Source of the DNA: Halioglobus sp.
Lineage (GTDB): Bacteria; Pseudomonadota; Gammaproteobacteria; Pseudomonadales; Halieaceae
DNA length: 64,000 nucleotides
Direction: 5' to 3'
Assembly: GCA_039990395.1 (NCBI GenBank)
Contig: JBDXFZ010000144.1
Coordinates: 37,469 to 101,468, forward strand
Below the pieces are notes generated by a model that saw only the letters and a list, made by a program, of their open reading frames with translations, did not search any database and had not been told where the DNA came from. The number at the start of each line of letters is the position of its first letter. Position 1 is the stretch's first letter. Shown here in pieces: positions 40,084-50,937 of this stretch. The position numbers and the translations under genes are program-made.

Positions 40084-42516
40084 TTAGCTATCACGACGTC
40101 GGCGCAAGCCCGTCTTCTTACCAGGCTTCTTCCCTGCTTTAGCTGAAGAGCCCCCTTTCTTTGATTTCCGCTCACCTGGAGATGTACCGGCACCACCGCC
40201 CTTCTTTTTAGCTTTACCCGGCGCGCCCTGCCGTGCCGACTTATCTGCCTTGCCCTTGCGCGCTTTGCTACTGCCCGATTTCTTACGCGGCGCAGACCCG
40301 CCATCCAGCAACTCCAGATCAATTTTCTTATCGTCCAGATTGACGCGCGCCACCTGTACCCGAACTTTGCCACCCAATTGGAAACTGCGCCCACTGCGCT
40401 CGCCAACCAAGCGCTGGTGCGCCATATCGAAATTGTAGTAGTCACCTGGCAGCGCCGTAATATGCACGAGCCCTTCGATATAGATGTCTATCAGCTCTAC
40501 GAACAGACCAAAACTGGTGACCGCGCTAATTACACCGTCGAACTCATCGCCCACATGATCTTGCAGGTATTCGCACTTAAGCCAGGCTTCGACCTCTCGC
40601 GTGGCGTCATCTGCCCGCCGTTCGGTCATGGAGCTGTGCTCACCCATAACCACCATTGCGGCTTCGTCATACGGAAAAATACGATTTGGAGGAATCGGGG
40701 CCACACCGTCGACCCGCCTTACGTTTTCGCTGCGTACTTGCGAGCGCACAACGCTGCGGATACCACGATGCACCAATAGGTCCGGGTAGCGCCTGATAGG
40801 CGAGGTAAAATGCGCATACTCGAGGTAGTTGAGACCAAAATGCCCCTGATTGTCGGGCTGGTACTTGGCTTGGCTGAGCGATCTCAACAGCATGGTCTGT
40901 ATGACATGAGCATCATCTCGCTCGACAACCTCTGCGAGCAACGTCTGGTAGTCGGTGGGAGTCGGTTTGTTTCCCCCACGAAGATCGAGACCTAGCTCAC
41001 CAAGAAAGCTGCGCAGATTTTCGAGCTTCTCTTCACTGGGTCCCTCATGCACCCGGTACACCATGGGCACTTCATGCTTATCAAAGAAGCGGGCTGCCGC
41101 GACATTCGCGCACAGCATGCACTCTTCGATCAGTTTGTGCGCATCATTGCGAACTACAGGAATGATCGACTCAATTTTGCGTAGATCATCGAAAATGATC
41201 CGGGTTTCGACTGTCTCAAAATCGATTGCTCCACGCTGATCACGCGCTGCGCGTAATACCTTGTACAGCTCCTGCAATCGCGTCAGGTCACCAATCCGTT
41301 GCGAATCTACATCTGGATGGCTACCACTTGAGAGCACCTCTCCTACCTGTGTATAAGTGAGGCGCGCATGGGAATGAATTACAGATTCATAAAACTGATA
41401 TTTGCCGAGATTGCCACTGGGATCCAGCTCCATCTCACAAACCATGGCTAGTCGATCAACAGCCGGTTTTAGCGAACACAGGCCATTGGACAACGCTTCT
41501 GGCAGCATGGGAACAACGCGCTCAGGGAAATAGACCGAGGTGCCCCGCTTGGCGGCCTCGTCATCCAGCGCTGATCCGGGACGCACGTAGTGCGACACAT
41601 CGGCAATAGCCACCCACAGGCGCCAGCCTCCTCCGCGGCGTTTCTCACAGTACACCGCATCATCGAAATCGCGCGCATCTTCACCATCAATGGTGACAAA
41701 GGGCAGCGTTCTAAGGTCGATTCGGCCTTCTTTATCATCCTCATTGGGCTCTGCATCTAATGCAGCAGCCTCCGACAGCACCGCTTCTGGCCACTCCCAC
41801 GGAATATCGTGGGATCGAATGGCAACATCGATCTCTAACCCGGGATCAAGGTGTTCACCGAGGACTTCACTAATCTCTGCTTTGGGACCGAGCTTGCCTG
41901 TGGGATACGCTGTAATAGTGGCGGTAACGATCTGCCCTGATAGCGCACCTGCTTTCGCGTTCGGGGGTATCAATAGATGCTGACGAATACGCCCGTTTTC
42001 GGGAATGACAAAGCCGATACCGCTTTCTTCCTGATAGCGGCCCACAATACTGCTGGTACCCCGCTCCAGAACCTCCACAACCTTGCCTTCGCTACGACCA
42101 CGCTTATCCAGACCTGTGATCGCAACCAGCACGATATCGCCATCAAACACCTTCTGCATTTGGCGCGCGCTTAGATAGATGTCATCACCGTCTCCCACCG
42201 GCATCGCAAAACCATAGCCGTCGCGATGCCCCTGCACACGACAACGTATGAGATTCATTTTGTCGACCAGTCCATAGGCCCCTTTACGATTGACCATCAG
42301 CTGGCCATCGCGCTCCATCGCACGCAGGCGCTTGCGCAACGCTTCCACTTCCTCATGGTCACGCAACTTCAGTAGCTGGGAGATTTTGTTGTGATTCAAT
42401 GGACCGGCCGCATCGGCCAACAGCTCAAGAATGACTTCCCGACTGGGAATGGGGTTGTCGTAACGCGCTGCCTCGCGAACAGTATGGGGGTCGGCAATTT
42501 TGCCTTTTTTGGACAT
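40084..42516 (-). CDS. rnr: ribonuclease R
   Basis: 810 aa. RNB domain (TIDGEDARDFDDAV), S1 domain and a Lys-rich C-terminal tail. Confidence 0.93.
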   Translation of the reverse strand: MSKKGKIADPHTVREAARYDNPIPSREVILELLADAAGPLNHNKISQLLKLRDHEEVEALRKRLRAMERDGQLMVNRKGAYGLVDKMNLIRCRVQGHRDGYGFAMPVGDGDDIYLSARQMQKVFDGDIVLVAITGLDKRGRSEGKVVEVLERGTSSIVGRYQEESGIGFVIPENGRIRQHLLIPPNAKAGALSGQIVTATITAYPTGKLGPKAEISEVLGEHLDPGLEIDVAIRSHDIPWEWPEAVLSEAAALDAEPNEDDKEGRIDLRTLPFVTIDGEDARDFDDAVYCEKRRGGGWRLWVAIADVSHYVRPGSALDDEAAKRGTSVYFPERVVPMLPEALSNGLCSLKPAVDRLAMVCEMELDPSGNLGKYQFYESVIHSHARLTYTQVGEVLSSGSHPDVDSQRIGDLTRLQELYKVLRAARDQRGAIDFETVETRIIFDDLRKIESIIPVVRNDAHKLIEECMLCANVAAARFFDKHEVPMVYRVHEGPSEEKLENLRSFLGELGLDLRGGNKPTPTDYQTLLAEVVERDDAHVIQTMLLRSLSQAKYQPDNQGHFGLNYLEYAHFTSPIRRYPDLLVHRGIRSVVRSQVRSENVRRVDGVAPIPPNRIFPYDEAAMVVMGEHSSMTERRADDATREVEAWLKCEYLQDHVGDEFDGVISAVTSFGLFVELIDIYIEGLVHITALPGDYYNFDMAHQRLVGERSGRSFQLGGKVRVQVARVNLDDKKIDLELLDGGSAPRKKSGSSKARKGKADKSARQGAPGKAKKKGGGAGTSPGERKSKKGGSSAKAGKKPGKKTGLRRRRDS

Positions 42517-42647
42517 AGTGGATTGGTATTCCGTAGAGTAGTGTGGCGCATCTTGCGCCTAGATAGACCCAGTATACGCGAGGATTGACAATGACGGGCC
42601 AGAAAAGTAAAGTGCCCGCCCTCGGGTAATCCTACAGATTACGCGCT

Positions 42648-42734
42648 GCCCAGGTGGTGAAATTGGTAGACACGCTAGCTTCAGGTGCTAGTGCTCGCAA
42701 GGGCGTGGAGGTTCAAGTCCTCTTCTGGGCACCA
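42648..42734 (+). tRNA. tRNA-Leu (anticodon CAG)
   Basis: GCCCAGGTGGTGAAATTGGTAGACACGCTAGCTTCAGGTGCTAG...GGTTCAAGTCCTCTTCTGGGCACCA. It has a long variable arm, the anticodon loop TTCAGGT and an encoded CCA, and is near-identical in layout to E. coli leuQPV-type tRNA. Confidence 0.93.
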
Positions 42735-42740
42735 TATTAG

Positions 42741-42767
42741 AAACCCGCTCACCGAGCGGGTTTTTTT
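42741..42767 (+). terminator. rho-independent terminator after tRNA-Leu
   Basis: aaacccgctc-accg-agcgggttt followed by ttttt. Confidence 0.7.
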
Positions 42768-42815
42768 ATGCCTCGAGCGTCGGACTCCCGGCCCGCCAGC
42801 ACAGCTGACGCTCGT

Positions 42816-45800
42816 TCAACTCGACGTGGTGGGCGCTAACTGCTCTTTCCTGCCACGCTGCGACAACTCCAGCGCAGTGACCGTTAACGCTGGCAACATT
42901 GTCAATGTCACAATCGCAGCACCAAGAATGCCAAACATCACGATAGCACCCACGCCGCGGTACAGCTCTGTGCCAGCGCCTGGGATCAGCACCAGCGGTG
43001 CCAGACCCAGAATCGTAGTGATGGTGGTCATTGCAATGGGACGCAGACGCGCATGCACGGCTTCGCTGACAGCCTCATGTGCGGTCATTCCTGCGTCGTT
43101 CAGGTTTTTCACAGCACGGTCGACAATCAGTATCGGGTTGTTGACTACCGCACCCATCAAGATCAGGAAACCCAGCATGGAGATCATATCGAATGGCTGC
43201 ACTATTGCCGGAATTCCTATCAGCGGCAGCAATCCACCCAGGCCATTAAGTAAGGCAAGCCCTACAATTCCCCCTGCAATGCCCAGCGGAATTGTGGTCA
43301 TGATGAGTAATGGGTAGCCCCAGTGAGAAAAAATGGCAACCAGTAGCAAGTAAACCACGACCAACGCTATCGCGTAGTTTCCTACCAGTGATTCGCGCGT
43401 GGCATCCAATTGATCGGCGGCGCCTGATATAGCAATATCGACACCCACTGGCAGGTCTCCCTGATCGCGCAGATACTGAACCAAGTCCTCTCGAACACGC
43501 TGCACTCCAGTTTCCAGGGCCACGCTACGCGGAGGGATGATATTCAATGTAACCGTACGCCTGCCATTAACGCGGCGAAGTGAGTCTGTACCAATCGTCT
43601 CCTGTATAGACGCCAATGATCCCAACGGCAGCACTGCCCCAGAGGGCGTATAAACAGGCAGCTGACCCAGACTATCCAAATCTGCATTCTGGCCAACATT
43701 GCTGTAAACATACATATCGATTTTGTCGTCATCGAGAAAGAACTCATCAACGAAACTACCGTCCGTTAATGCAGCCACGGTAAAACCCAACTCCTGAGCG
43801 CTCAGGCCCAACTCGGCCGCGCGTTCCCAGTCAGGGCGTATCTCGATCATCGGCTGGGCTAGCGCAAACGACGAAGGCTGGCTCTGAATTCGGGGATTAT
43901 CGAACACCTCCTGAGCACGTTCGTAGGCCATACCAGCAACTTTATAAATGGTGGCCAAATCGTTACCCGCGATATCGAGGTTGATGCTGCGTGTGCCTCC
44001 ATCGTTACTACTGATGATGGACCCTCGGCTCGCGAAAGCGCGCATGCCGGGATACTCACGGTACTTCGTTGTTAACGCATCCATCAATGCTTCGATATCA
44101 GACGGATCCACCGGCTGGGTGATAATACGCAGGGAATCGATGCCGATTCTGAAATTTAAATACTCGATAGCAGGAACATCACTTTGGCCACCGTGAAAAA
44201 GCGCGGGGTCACTTTGCACGTAAGGCAAAAAGTACGCTTCAACTTCATCGCCTATTGCGCGCATCGCCTGCAGGTTGTACCCCGGCGGCGCGCTCATCAC
44301 GGCGAACACTTTAGGCTCTTCCCCTTCTGGCAAGTATTCCGCTGCAGGCGTTAGCAGCGCAATAATTGCCGCGCTGATGAATATCGTGAGGCCAATGCAG
44401 GCAAAGCGACGCTGACCGGTTGCCAACATGGCATCAACCGCACGTAGCGTGACCAGACGACCTTTCTCGCCAATCTCACTCACTTTGCCTGGCTTTCTCT
44501 CTATCGGCGTAAACCTTGCTGCAGCAGCAGGCAATACAGTAATGGCCACCAGCATGGACGCCAGAATTGCGGCCGACACCGCAATAGCTACATCTGAGTA
44601 GAGCTGCCCTGCCTCCTGCTCGACAAACACCACCGGCACAAACACCAGTATCGTGGTCATCGTAGAGGCAAATACGGCGGACCATACTTGCTTCACACCA
44701 TCGAGTGCCGCCTGAAATCTCGTCTTTCCCTTGCGCCACTCCAGCTCGATACTTTCCAGTACAACAATGCTGTTATCCAGCGTCATACCTATAGCGAACG
44801 CAATGCCCGCCAGCGAGATAACATTAATGGTACGCCCGGCGAGCAATAATCCCAGAAACGCCACAATGATACAGACAGGTATACCCAGCACCCCGATGGA
44901 GGTGGTTCGAGCTGACCGCAAGAACAAAAACATCACCACGGTTGCAAGCAATGCGCCTAGAATCAAATTCTGCCAGACGTTGCGTATCGAGCTTTCCACA
45001 TACGTTACGTCATCGGAGATTAGTGTGAGTTTCAGCCCTGCAGGCTCTAACAGCTCTCGATTAATTGGGCCTAATTCACCGAGTATGGCGCGCTTGATAT
45101 CAATCACATTCGAACCCGACTCACGCCGCAGGGAAATACCAATACTGGGCTCACCGTTAAAACTGGAATAGCCACGCTTTTCGAAGTGATCAAGCTGAAT
45201 CTGAGCAACATCTGCCAATCGAGTAATGGCATCGCCTCGCCGATTCAAAACCAGATCATTAAGTTCTTCAATAGATTCGAAGCGGCCTATCGTGCGCAGC
45301 AAATATTGTCGTTTACCCGATTCAATCTCGCCGCCTGAGCGGTCCCGATTACGAGCGCGAATGGCGCTACGTACGTCGGTCAAGCTTAAGCCGCGCTGCG
45401 CCAGTCTGGCCGGGTCAATCAGTATCTGGATCTGACGCTCAGCTCCGCCCCATACCGACACCTCGGAAATACCCGGCACCCTGGAAAGCCGGGGCCTTAC
45501 CGTATCCTGTAAAAAGTCGACGGTGAGATCGAGATCCAGCTGACGCGGGTTGCCTGCCAATGGCGTGACAGCAAAAAACATAAAGTTGTTGCTAGAAAAG
45601 GAGGTTGCGTAGATTCTCGGCTCATCCACATTATCGGGATAAGACGGCACCTGACTCAGTGCATTATTAACCCGTATTAGCATCTCGTTTGTGTCTGTGC
45701 CAAACGGGAATTCGAGTGCTATGCGAGAGCGACCACTCTCGGCAGTTGCCAGAATACGCGAAACGCTCGGCAGCGTGCGCAGGTATTCCTCCTGCTCGAT

Positions 45801-45986
45801 CAGAATTTCTTTCTCGATATCCTGGGGGTTGGCCCCAGGCCAACTGGTAACCACTGTGATTACCCTTACATCCAGATCCGGAATCATCTGCACCGGTATT
45901 CGCAATCCAGCAAAAATACCCAGCACACAGACAATCAGCACTACGACCGCGGTGAGTGTGCCGCGACGAATCACCTGCTCAAACAT
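42816..45986 (-). CDS. RND efflux transporter permease (AcrB/HAE family)
   Basis: 1056 aa starting MFEQVIRRGTLTAVVVLIVCVLGIFAGLRIPVQMIPD; 12-TM architecture with two large periplasmic loops. Confidence 0.9.
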   Translation of the reverse strand: MFEQVIRRGTLTAVVVLIVCVLGIFAGLRIPVQMIPDLDVRVITVVTSWPGANPQDIEKEILIEQEEYLRTLPSVSRILATAESGRSRIALEFPFGTDTNEMLIRVNNALSQVPSYPDNVDEPRIYATSFSSNNFMFFAVTPLAGNPRQLDLDLTVDFLQDTVRPRLSRVPGISEVSVWGGAERQIQILIDPARLAQRGLSLTDVRSAIRARNRDRSGGEIESGKRQYLLRTIGRFESIEELNDLVLNRRGDAITRLADVAQIQLDHFEKRGYSSFNGEPSIGISLRRESGSNVIDIKRAILGELGPINRELLEPAGLKLTLISDDVTYVESSIRNVWQNLILGALLATVVMFLFLRSARTTSIGVLGIPVCIIVAFLGLLLAGRTINVISLAGIAFAIGMTLDNSIVVLESIELEWRKGKTRFQAALDGVKQVWSAVFASTMTTILVFVPVVFVEQEAGQLYSDVAIAVSAAILASMLVAITVLPAAAARFTPIERKPGKVSEIGEKGRLVTLRAVDAMLATGQRRFACIGLTIFISAAIIALLTPAAEYLPEGEEPKVFAVMSAPPGYNLQAMRAIGDEVEAYFLPYVQSDPALFHGGQSDVPAIEYLNFRIGIDSLRIITQPVDPSDIEALMDALTTKYREYPGMRAFASRGSIISSNDGGTRSINLDIAGNDLATIYKVAGMAYERAQEVFDNPRIQSQPSSFALAQPMIEIRPDWERAAELGLSAQELGFTVAALTDGSFVDEFFLDDDKIDMYVYSNVGQNADLDSLGQLPVYTPSGAVLPLGSLASIQETIGTDSLRRVNGRRTVTLNIIPPRSVALETGVQRVREDLVQYLRDQGDLPVGVDIAISGAADQLDATRESLVGNYAIALVVVYLLLVAIFSHWGYPLLIMTTIPLGIAGGIVGLALLNGLGGLLPLIGIPAIVQPFDMISMLGFLILMGAVVNNPILIVDRAVKNLNDAGMTAHEAVSEAVHARLRPIAMTTITTILGLAPLVLIPGAGTELYRGVGAIVMFGILGAAIVTLTMLPALTVTALELSQRGRKEQLAPTTSS

Positions 45987-46013
45987 ACCTACCCCAACCC
46001 TTCAACGTAACTG

Positions 46014-47150
46014 TCATGGCTGTGTTGCACCTGCAGACGCTCGCAGAGACACCTTCTGCCCTGGCCGAAGCGTTTCATTACCCTGTACCACCACCCGATC
46101 ACCCGCACTCAAGCCATCGCGAACTTCAACGAAACCATCAAATTGTAATCCCGTTTCCACCAGTAGCTCGCGCGCTGTAAGAGAGTCGCCTTGTGTGTCT
46201 ATTACCCAGATTACCGATCGACCGTCCGGATAACGCAATAGAGCGTCTCGCGGCACCACAATACCTGTCCTGCCCGTGGGTATTTTGAGGGTGGCACTCA
46301 CGGAGCGCCCTGTTATCAATCCCGGGTGGGTTTCCAACGGTGCTACTCGTAGTAAAAACGTTCTATCGTCGCGATCAGCTACGGGTACGGCAGTCGCAAA
46401 CCGCCCTACATAACGAGCGTCAGCGTTGGGTCCCACGCTGTATTCAATCTGGGTTTCTGGGCCCACCAAAGGCAGAAAATCTTCCGCCACCTGAAAATCC
46501 AGCCGCAGCTGTGTTGTTGAGATCAACGTAAAGATTGCCTGCCCAGGTGTTACCCACTCACCTGATTCCGTCAGCTTGGCTGCGACCACTCCATCAAACG
46601 GAGCACGCACTGTGTGCCTGGCAAGTATCGCCTCATCTCGCGCGGCCTGAGCCTTCACCTCACGCAGCAGTGCTTCGTCCTCGGCAACCTCAGCTTGAAT
46701 ATCCAACACCAGACTCTCGGCAATACTCTGCTGTGGCGCCAGTTTACGCACCTCGAGGAGGCGTCTATTAGCGTCCGACACAGCCTGCTGTGCCTGCTCA
46801 ACACGGGCACTTGCACCATCTACCTGCAATTGCGCCAGCTCGGCATCGAGCGTCAATAACACATCGCCGGCCATCACTCTGGATCCAGCATCCACCATCA
46901 CCAATTCTACCTGGCCACTCGTTGCCGCAGAGAGCTGCGCGCTGCGCGCTGAGGTCACCGTGCCTTGAACTTGAAGCTGCCGCAAAATGGGCTGCTCCAC
47001 CGCCTCAGTTACCACCACAGGTAAGCCGTCTTGCGCCGCTGCCGGCATACTCCATCCGAGCAAAATACACATCAGGATGGCAATACAAGAGGACACCCGA
47101 TATCTACTCGACAACGGCACACCTGTGTCTACTAAATTGCACTTCATCAA
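46014..47150 (-). CDS. RND efflux periplasmic adaptor (membrane fusion protein)
   Basis: 378 aa with signal/TM, lipoyl/coiled-coil hairpin and beta-barrel pattern. Lies directly upstream of the RND permease. Confidence 0.8.
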   Translation of the reverse strand: MMKCNLVDTGVPLSSRYRVSSCIAILMCILLGWSMPAAAQDGLPVVVTEAVEQPILRQLQVQGTVTSARSAQLSAATSGQVELVMVDAGSRVMAGDVLLTLDAELAQLQVDGASARVEQAQQAVSDANRRLLEVRKLAPQQSIAESLVLDIQAEVAEDEALLREVKAQAARDEAILARHTVRAPFDGVVAAKLTESGEWVTPGQAIFTLISTTQLRLDFQVAEDFLPLVGPETQIEYSVGPNADARYVGRFATAVPVADRDDRTFLLRVAPLETHPGLITGRSVSATLKIPTGRTGIVVPRDALLRYPDGRSVIWVIDTQGDSLTARELLVETGLQFDGFVEVRDGLSAGDRVVVQGNETLRPGQKVSLRASAGATQP

Positions 47151-47378
47151 AAACTACTCATCCGGTTGGTTGATCTCCAAAATTCAGCCCGCAAACATCC
47201 AGCCGCGGTTACGCATACGGTGTGCATGCAGATCAATCACAGCCTGAAGCCGCGATGGCCATTTAGCTGCGCACCATGGAACACCGACAACTTCAAGATG
47301 GCATTTACGCCCTTCAGGCGATATATTCGCTAACCCTGCAGACAACATACAACTTCTTTTCTCGGAAACTGCCTCTTC

Positions 47379-48140
47379 ATGACTTATTGCCTCGCCATCG
47401 CCCTGAATGAGGGCTTGGTGTTCTGCTCTGACTCCCGCACCAATGCTGGCCCGGATCGCGTGAGCTCTTACAGCAAGATGCATCGCTTCTCAGTGCCCTA
47501 TGACCGCTCACTGGTTATCCTCACAGCAGGCAATCTCGCCACCAGTCAGGCTGTGATTGCACAGATTCAACGCGATCTGGAAGAAGACGCCGAGTTTAAC
47601 ATCATGAAGGCCGAATACGTTGCGGATGTGGCTGACTATCTGGGTGCACTCAGCGTTGCAGAACAAGCCAAGTACGCCAAAAAAGGCGGACCCAACGCTG
47701 GGTTCAATGCGTCAGCCACGTTTATCCTGGGTGGTCAGATCAAAAATCACCCGCCTGAGCTCTACATGATCTATCCGGAGGGGAATCATATTACCGCGTC
47801 TGATCAATACCCATATCTGCAGATCGGCGAGACCAAATATGGCAAGCCTATACTGGATAGAATTATTCGCTCAGACACACCCTTTGAGACCGCGATGCGC
47901 TGTGCGTTGGTTTCTGTCGATTCAACGATGCGATCCAATGCCACGGTGGGACCGCCACTGGAGTGCCTGTTCTATCGGGCAGATAGCCTACGACCGCAAG
48001 AACGCTTTTTAAGGTTGGAGGAACATCACCCGTATCTGGCTGAGCTACGAGAGTCGTGGGACGACAGCATTCGCTCTGCTTTCAACCAGCTGCCACCATT
48101 GCAGCCAGTATTCGACGAGCACACCAACGAGTCAGCCTGA
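47379..48140 (+). CDS. Anbu-type proteasome beta-subunit homologue
   Basis: 253 aa starting MTYCLAIALNEGLVFCSDSRTNAG (Thr directly after the initiator Met, no propeptide). Adjacent to the alpha-E and ATP-grasp genes. Confidence 0.75.
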   Translation: MTYCLAIALNEGLVFCSDSRTNAGPDRVSSYSKMHRFSVPYDRSLVILTAGNLATSQAVIAQIQRDLEEDAEFNIMKAEYVADVADYLGALSVAEQAKYAKKGGPNAGFNASATFILGGQIKNHPPELYMIYPEGNHITASDQYPYLQIGETKYGKPILDRIIRSDTPFETAMRCALVSVDSTMRSNATVGPPLECLFYRADSLRPQERFLRLEEHHPYLAELRESWDDSIRSAFNQLPPLQPVFDEHTNESA

Positions 48141-48167
48141 GCTGGAAAGCACTCCGTTTAAAGCGGT

Positions 48168-49100
48168 TTACTCTGGCTGGAACCAGGTATCGGTAATCAC
48201 TGCACTCAAATCATTCAACGTGAGTTGAAAACCATCGATAAAGCGGTGCAACTCTTCTCGTGTCGCGTTATTTGGATCAAACCGCCTCAATTTTCGCCGC
48301 GCACGCTCTACGACTCGCAGCGCATTTTTATTCGAGCGCAACGGACCAAGTTCCTCACGAATACCGCTTAGGCAAAATCTGACTGAGCGCGGAAACATTT
48401 GCTCCGAGAAAACGAAATCAACAACTGCGTTCTTCTCTACCAAGGGCCCCACGGCACGGCGATAGGCCCCCATCGCGGACAAACCTTGCAACAACGCACC
48501 CCACAACAGCGGGTCGATTGCCTCGAATGCGCCTTCGCGCTCAAGAATATCGCCCGCACCCACATCTATTACCCGCGTGATCATGTCAGACCGTTCAAGC
48601 AGCCGGCCTAACTTAATAAACCTGTAGGAATGGTCTCTGCTTAAGTTGCTCATTAGCAAACCATTGATCATCTGACACCGAGAGACAACGTGTTCCAGAA
48701 ACGCGTGCCGATTACGCCGGCCCACCGAGCCCTCACTCATCTCCTCCACGTAGAGATGCAGTTCGTTGACCATTTCCCAGGCTTCTTCAGGCAGCACATC
48801 GCGGGTTGTTCTCACATTTTCACGAGCCGCCTTGATGGAGGACGGAATACTGGAAAAATTGTCCCGATCGGCGATCAGAAACTTCAACACATTCTGCTCG
48901 TTTGCCGCACGATAGCGTTCATTGAACACCGGGTTGGCATCAAGAATGGAGATCAATACGTCCCAACCCGGCTCTGAGCCTTTGGGTATGTCCATAATAA
49001 TGTGCTGATAGGCCATCACCAGCCTTGCAGTATCCTCGGCGCGCTCAAGATACCGCGCCATCCAGTACAAACGTTCGGCCACTCGCGAGAGCATCGTCAT
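48168..49100 (-). CDS. alpha-E domain protein
   Basis: 310 aa starting MLSRVAERLYWMARYLERAEDTARL; 4-nt overlap with the upstream ATP-grasp gene. Confidence 0.75.
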   Translation of the reverse strand: MTMLSRVAERLYWMARYLERAEDTARLVMAYQHIIMDIPKGSEPGWDVLISILDANPVFNERYRAANEQNVLKFLIADRDNFSSIPSSIKAARENVRTTRDVLPEEAWEMVNELHLYVEEMSEGSVGRRNRHAFLEHVVSRCQMINGLLMSNLSRDHSYRFIKLGRLLERSDMITRVIDVGAGDILEREGAFEAIDPLLWGALLQGLSAMGAYRRAVGPLVEKNAVVDFVFSEQMFPRSVRFCLSGIREELGPLRSNKNALRVVERARRKLRRFDPNNATREELHRFIDGFQLTLNDLSAVITDTWFQPE

Positions 49101-50545
49101 TTTTTGCCCTCCACAATCCAGGTATCCTTACTGCCGCCACCCTGCGAGGAGTTAACGACCAGTGACCCCTTGACCAACGCCACACGCGTCAATCCCCCTG
49201 GTGTCACCCAGCAATCTTTGCCTTGCAATATAAAGGGTCGCAAATCGAGGTGACGCGGCTGCACTGAATCGTCAATGTAAGTCGGTGCCGTAGAGAGGCT
49301 AAGCGTGGGTTGTGCAATATAATTGCGAGGGTCTTCTTTGATCAGCTGGGCAAATTTGCGATGCACTCCCTTGGTGCTATGTGGCCCTACCATGAGGCCA
49401 TAACCACCGGATTCGTTGGCAGGCTTAACCACAAGATCCTTTAAATTTTTGAGCACATACTCTCGATCTTTTTCACGCATGCACAAATAGGTGGGAACAC
49501 TTTCGAGCAGCGGCTCTTCCTTTAAGTAATACCGAATCATATCGGGCACGTACGCGTACACCACCTTATCGTCGGCGACCCCAGCACCGGGTGCGTTCGC
49601 TATTGCGACCTTGCCCGCCTTCCACGCACGCATCAATCCCGGTACGCCAAGCGCGGAGTCCTCACGGAAGACTTCCGGGTCCATAAAGTCTTCATCGATT
49701 CGTCTGTAAATGACATCTACTCGCACGGGGCCGTCCACTGTGCGCATATAAACCTTGTCGGTGTCATCAACGAAAAGATCACCGCCCTCCACCAACTCGG
49801 CGCCCATACCTTGGGCCAGAAACGCATGTTCAAAGTAGGCAGAGTTATAAATCCCGGGAGTTAACACAACTATGCAGGGGCGCCTTCTGTCTCTGGGAGA
49901 CAATGACGCCAGCATTTGGTAAAGACGAGAGGGGTAATCGTCTACCGGTAAAATAGAGTAGTTCTCAAACAGCTCGGGTAGCACACGCTTGGTAATCTCG
50001 CGATTTTCTATCATGTACGACACACCCGATGGTACGCGCAGGTTGTCTTCAAGCACATAGAACTTGCCATCACCGGCGCGAACCAGATCGCTACCACAGA
50101 TGTGTGCCCAAACCCCGTGACGTGGAGATATGCCCGCACACTCCGGCCTATAGTTAGGTGAGTCGAGCACGATCTCAGACGGCACTACACCGTCTTTCAA
50201 AATTTTCTGGGCGTTGTATATATCGTCGATAAAGCAATTGAGCGCGCGGCTTCGCTGAGTCAGCCCGGTACTAACCTCTGCCCAGTCCTTGGCAGGTATC
50301 ACCCGGGGAATAATATCGAACGGCCAGGCGCGGTCGATATTGCCGCCCTCGGTATAGACCGTAAAGGAGATGCCCATTTCCTTTATAGCAAGCTCTGCTG
50401 CGGCGCGTCGGGCATCCATTTCATCCCGGGGGAGACTTTGCAGCAGTTTCACCGCCTGTCGTGCGGCCACTCGAGGTTGACCCTTTGGAGTAATCAACTC
50501 ATCAAAGAAATCGCCAGCCTGATAGGATTTCCAGCTCTTGTTCAT
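49097..50545 (-). CDS. circularly permuted type-2 ATP-grasp protein
   Basis: About 482 aa counted from MNKSWKSYQAGDFFDELI. Typical partner of alpha-E and Anbu. The N-terminal 31 codons of the track ORF are probably not used. Confidence 0.75.
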   Translation of the reverse strand: MNKSWKSYQAGDFFDELITPKGQPRVAARQAVKLLQSLPRDEMDARRAAAELAIKEMGISFTVYTEGGNIDRAWPFDIIPRVIPAKDWAEVSTGLTQRSRALNCFIDDIYNAQKILKDGVVPSEIVLDSPNYRPECAGISPRHGVWAHICGSDLVRAGDGKFYVLEDNLRVPSGVSYMIENREITKRVLPELFENYSILPVDDYPSRLYQMLASLSPRDRRRPCIVVLTPGIYNSAYFEHAFLAQGMGAELVEGGDLFVDDTDKVYMRTVDGPVRVDVIYRRIDEDFMDPEVFREDSALGVPGLMRAWKAGKVAIANAPGAGVADDKVVYAYVPDMIRYYLKEEPLLESVPTYLCMREKDREYVLKNLKDLVVKPANESGGYGLMVGPHSTKGVHRKFAQLIKEDPRNYIAQPTLSLSTAPTYIDDSVQPRHLDLRPFILQGKDCWVTPGGLTRVALVKGSLVVNSSQGGGSKDTWIVEGKK

Positions 50546-50655
50546 GCCATTACACTTCAATAACGGAATAACGTTCGAGAGTACTCCAATGACAGGACAG
50601 CTTCCAGCCGAATGGACTACACTACCCAACACAATCACTGAACGCCTTCCCGACT

Positions 50656-50937
50656 ATGAATCTGAAACAAACCATTACCCTGTCTCCGGATGTAATCTCT
50701 CAGGAAGTTTCAGGTGAAACTGTATTGCTGGATCTAAAGAGCGAGAATTACTTTGGACTGGACGAGGTAGGCACGCGAATCTGGCAACTGATTGAAAGCG
50801 CCGGCGATCTCGAAGCTATATTCAATACACTAATGGAAGAATACGACGTAGATGAGGAACAACTGCTGGGCGATTTATCAGAGCTCGTCGGCGAAGTTGA
50901 AAAACTGGGACTAGTAAAATTGGAGACACGCGCATGA
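50656..50937 (+). CDS. PqqD-family (RRE-like) small protein
   Basis: 93 aa with ISQEVSGETVLLDLKSENYFGLDEVGTRIWQLIE...LEAIFNTLMEEYDVDEEQLLGDLSELV. Confidence 0.65.
   Translation: MNLKQTITLSPDVISQEVSGETVLLDLKSENYFGLDEVGTRIWQLIESAGDLEAIFNTLMEEYDVDEEQLLGDLSELVGEVEKLGLVKLETRA

Noticed and set aside
40062-40445. 127-aa minus-strand ORF overlapping the rnr 3' end and the rlmB start.
   Set aside because: It is an alternative frame of the Lys/Arg/Gly-rich RNase R tail region. It has biased composition and no independent support.
42648-47150. tRNA-Leu as an integration site for a genomic island carrying the RND efflux pair.
   Set aside because: There is no integrase, no direct repeat of the tRNA 3' end and no mobile-element genes downstream. 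A clean terminator follows the tRNA.
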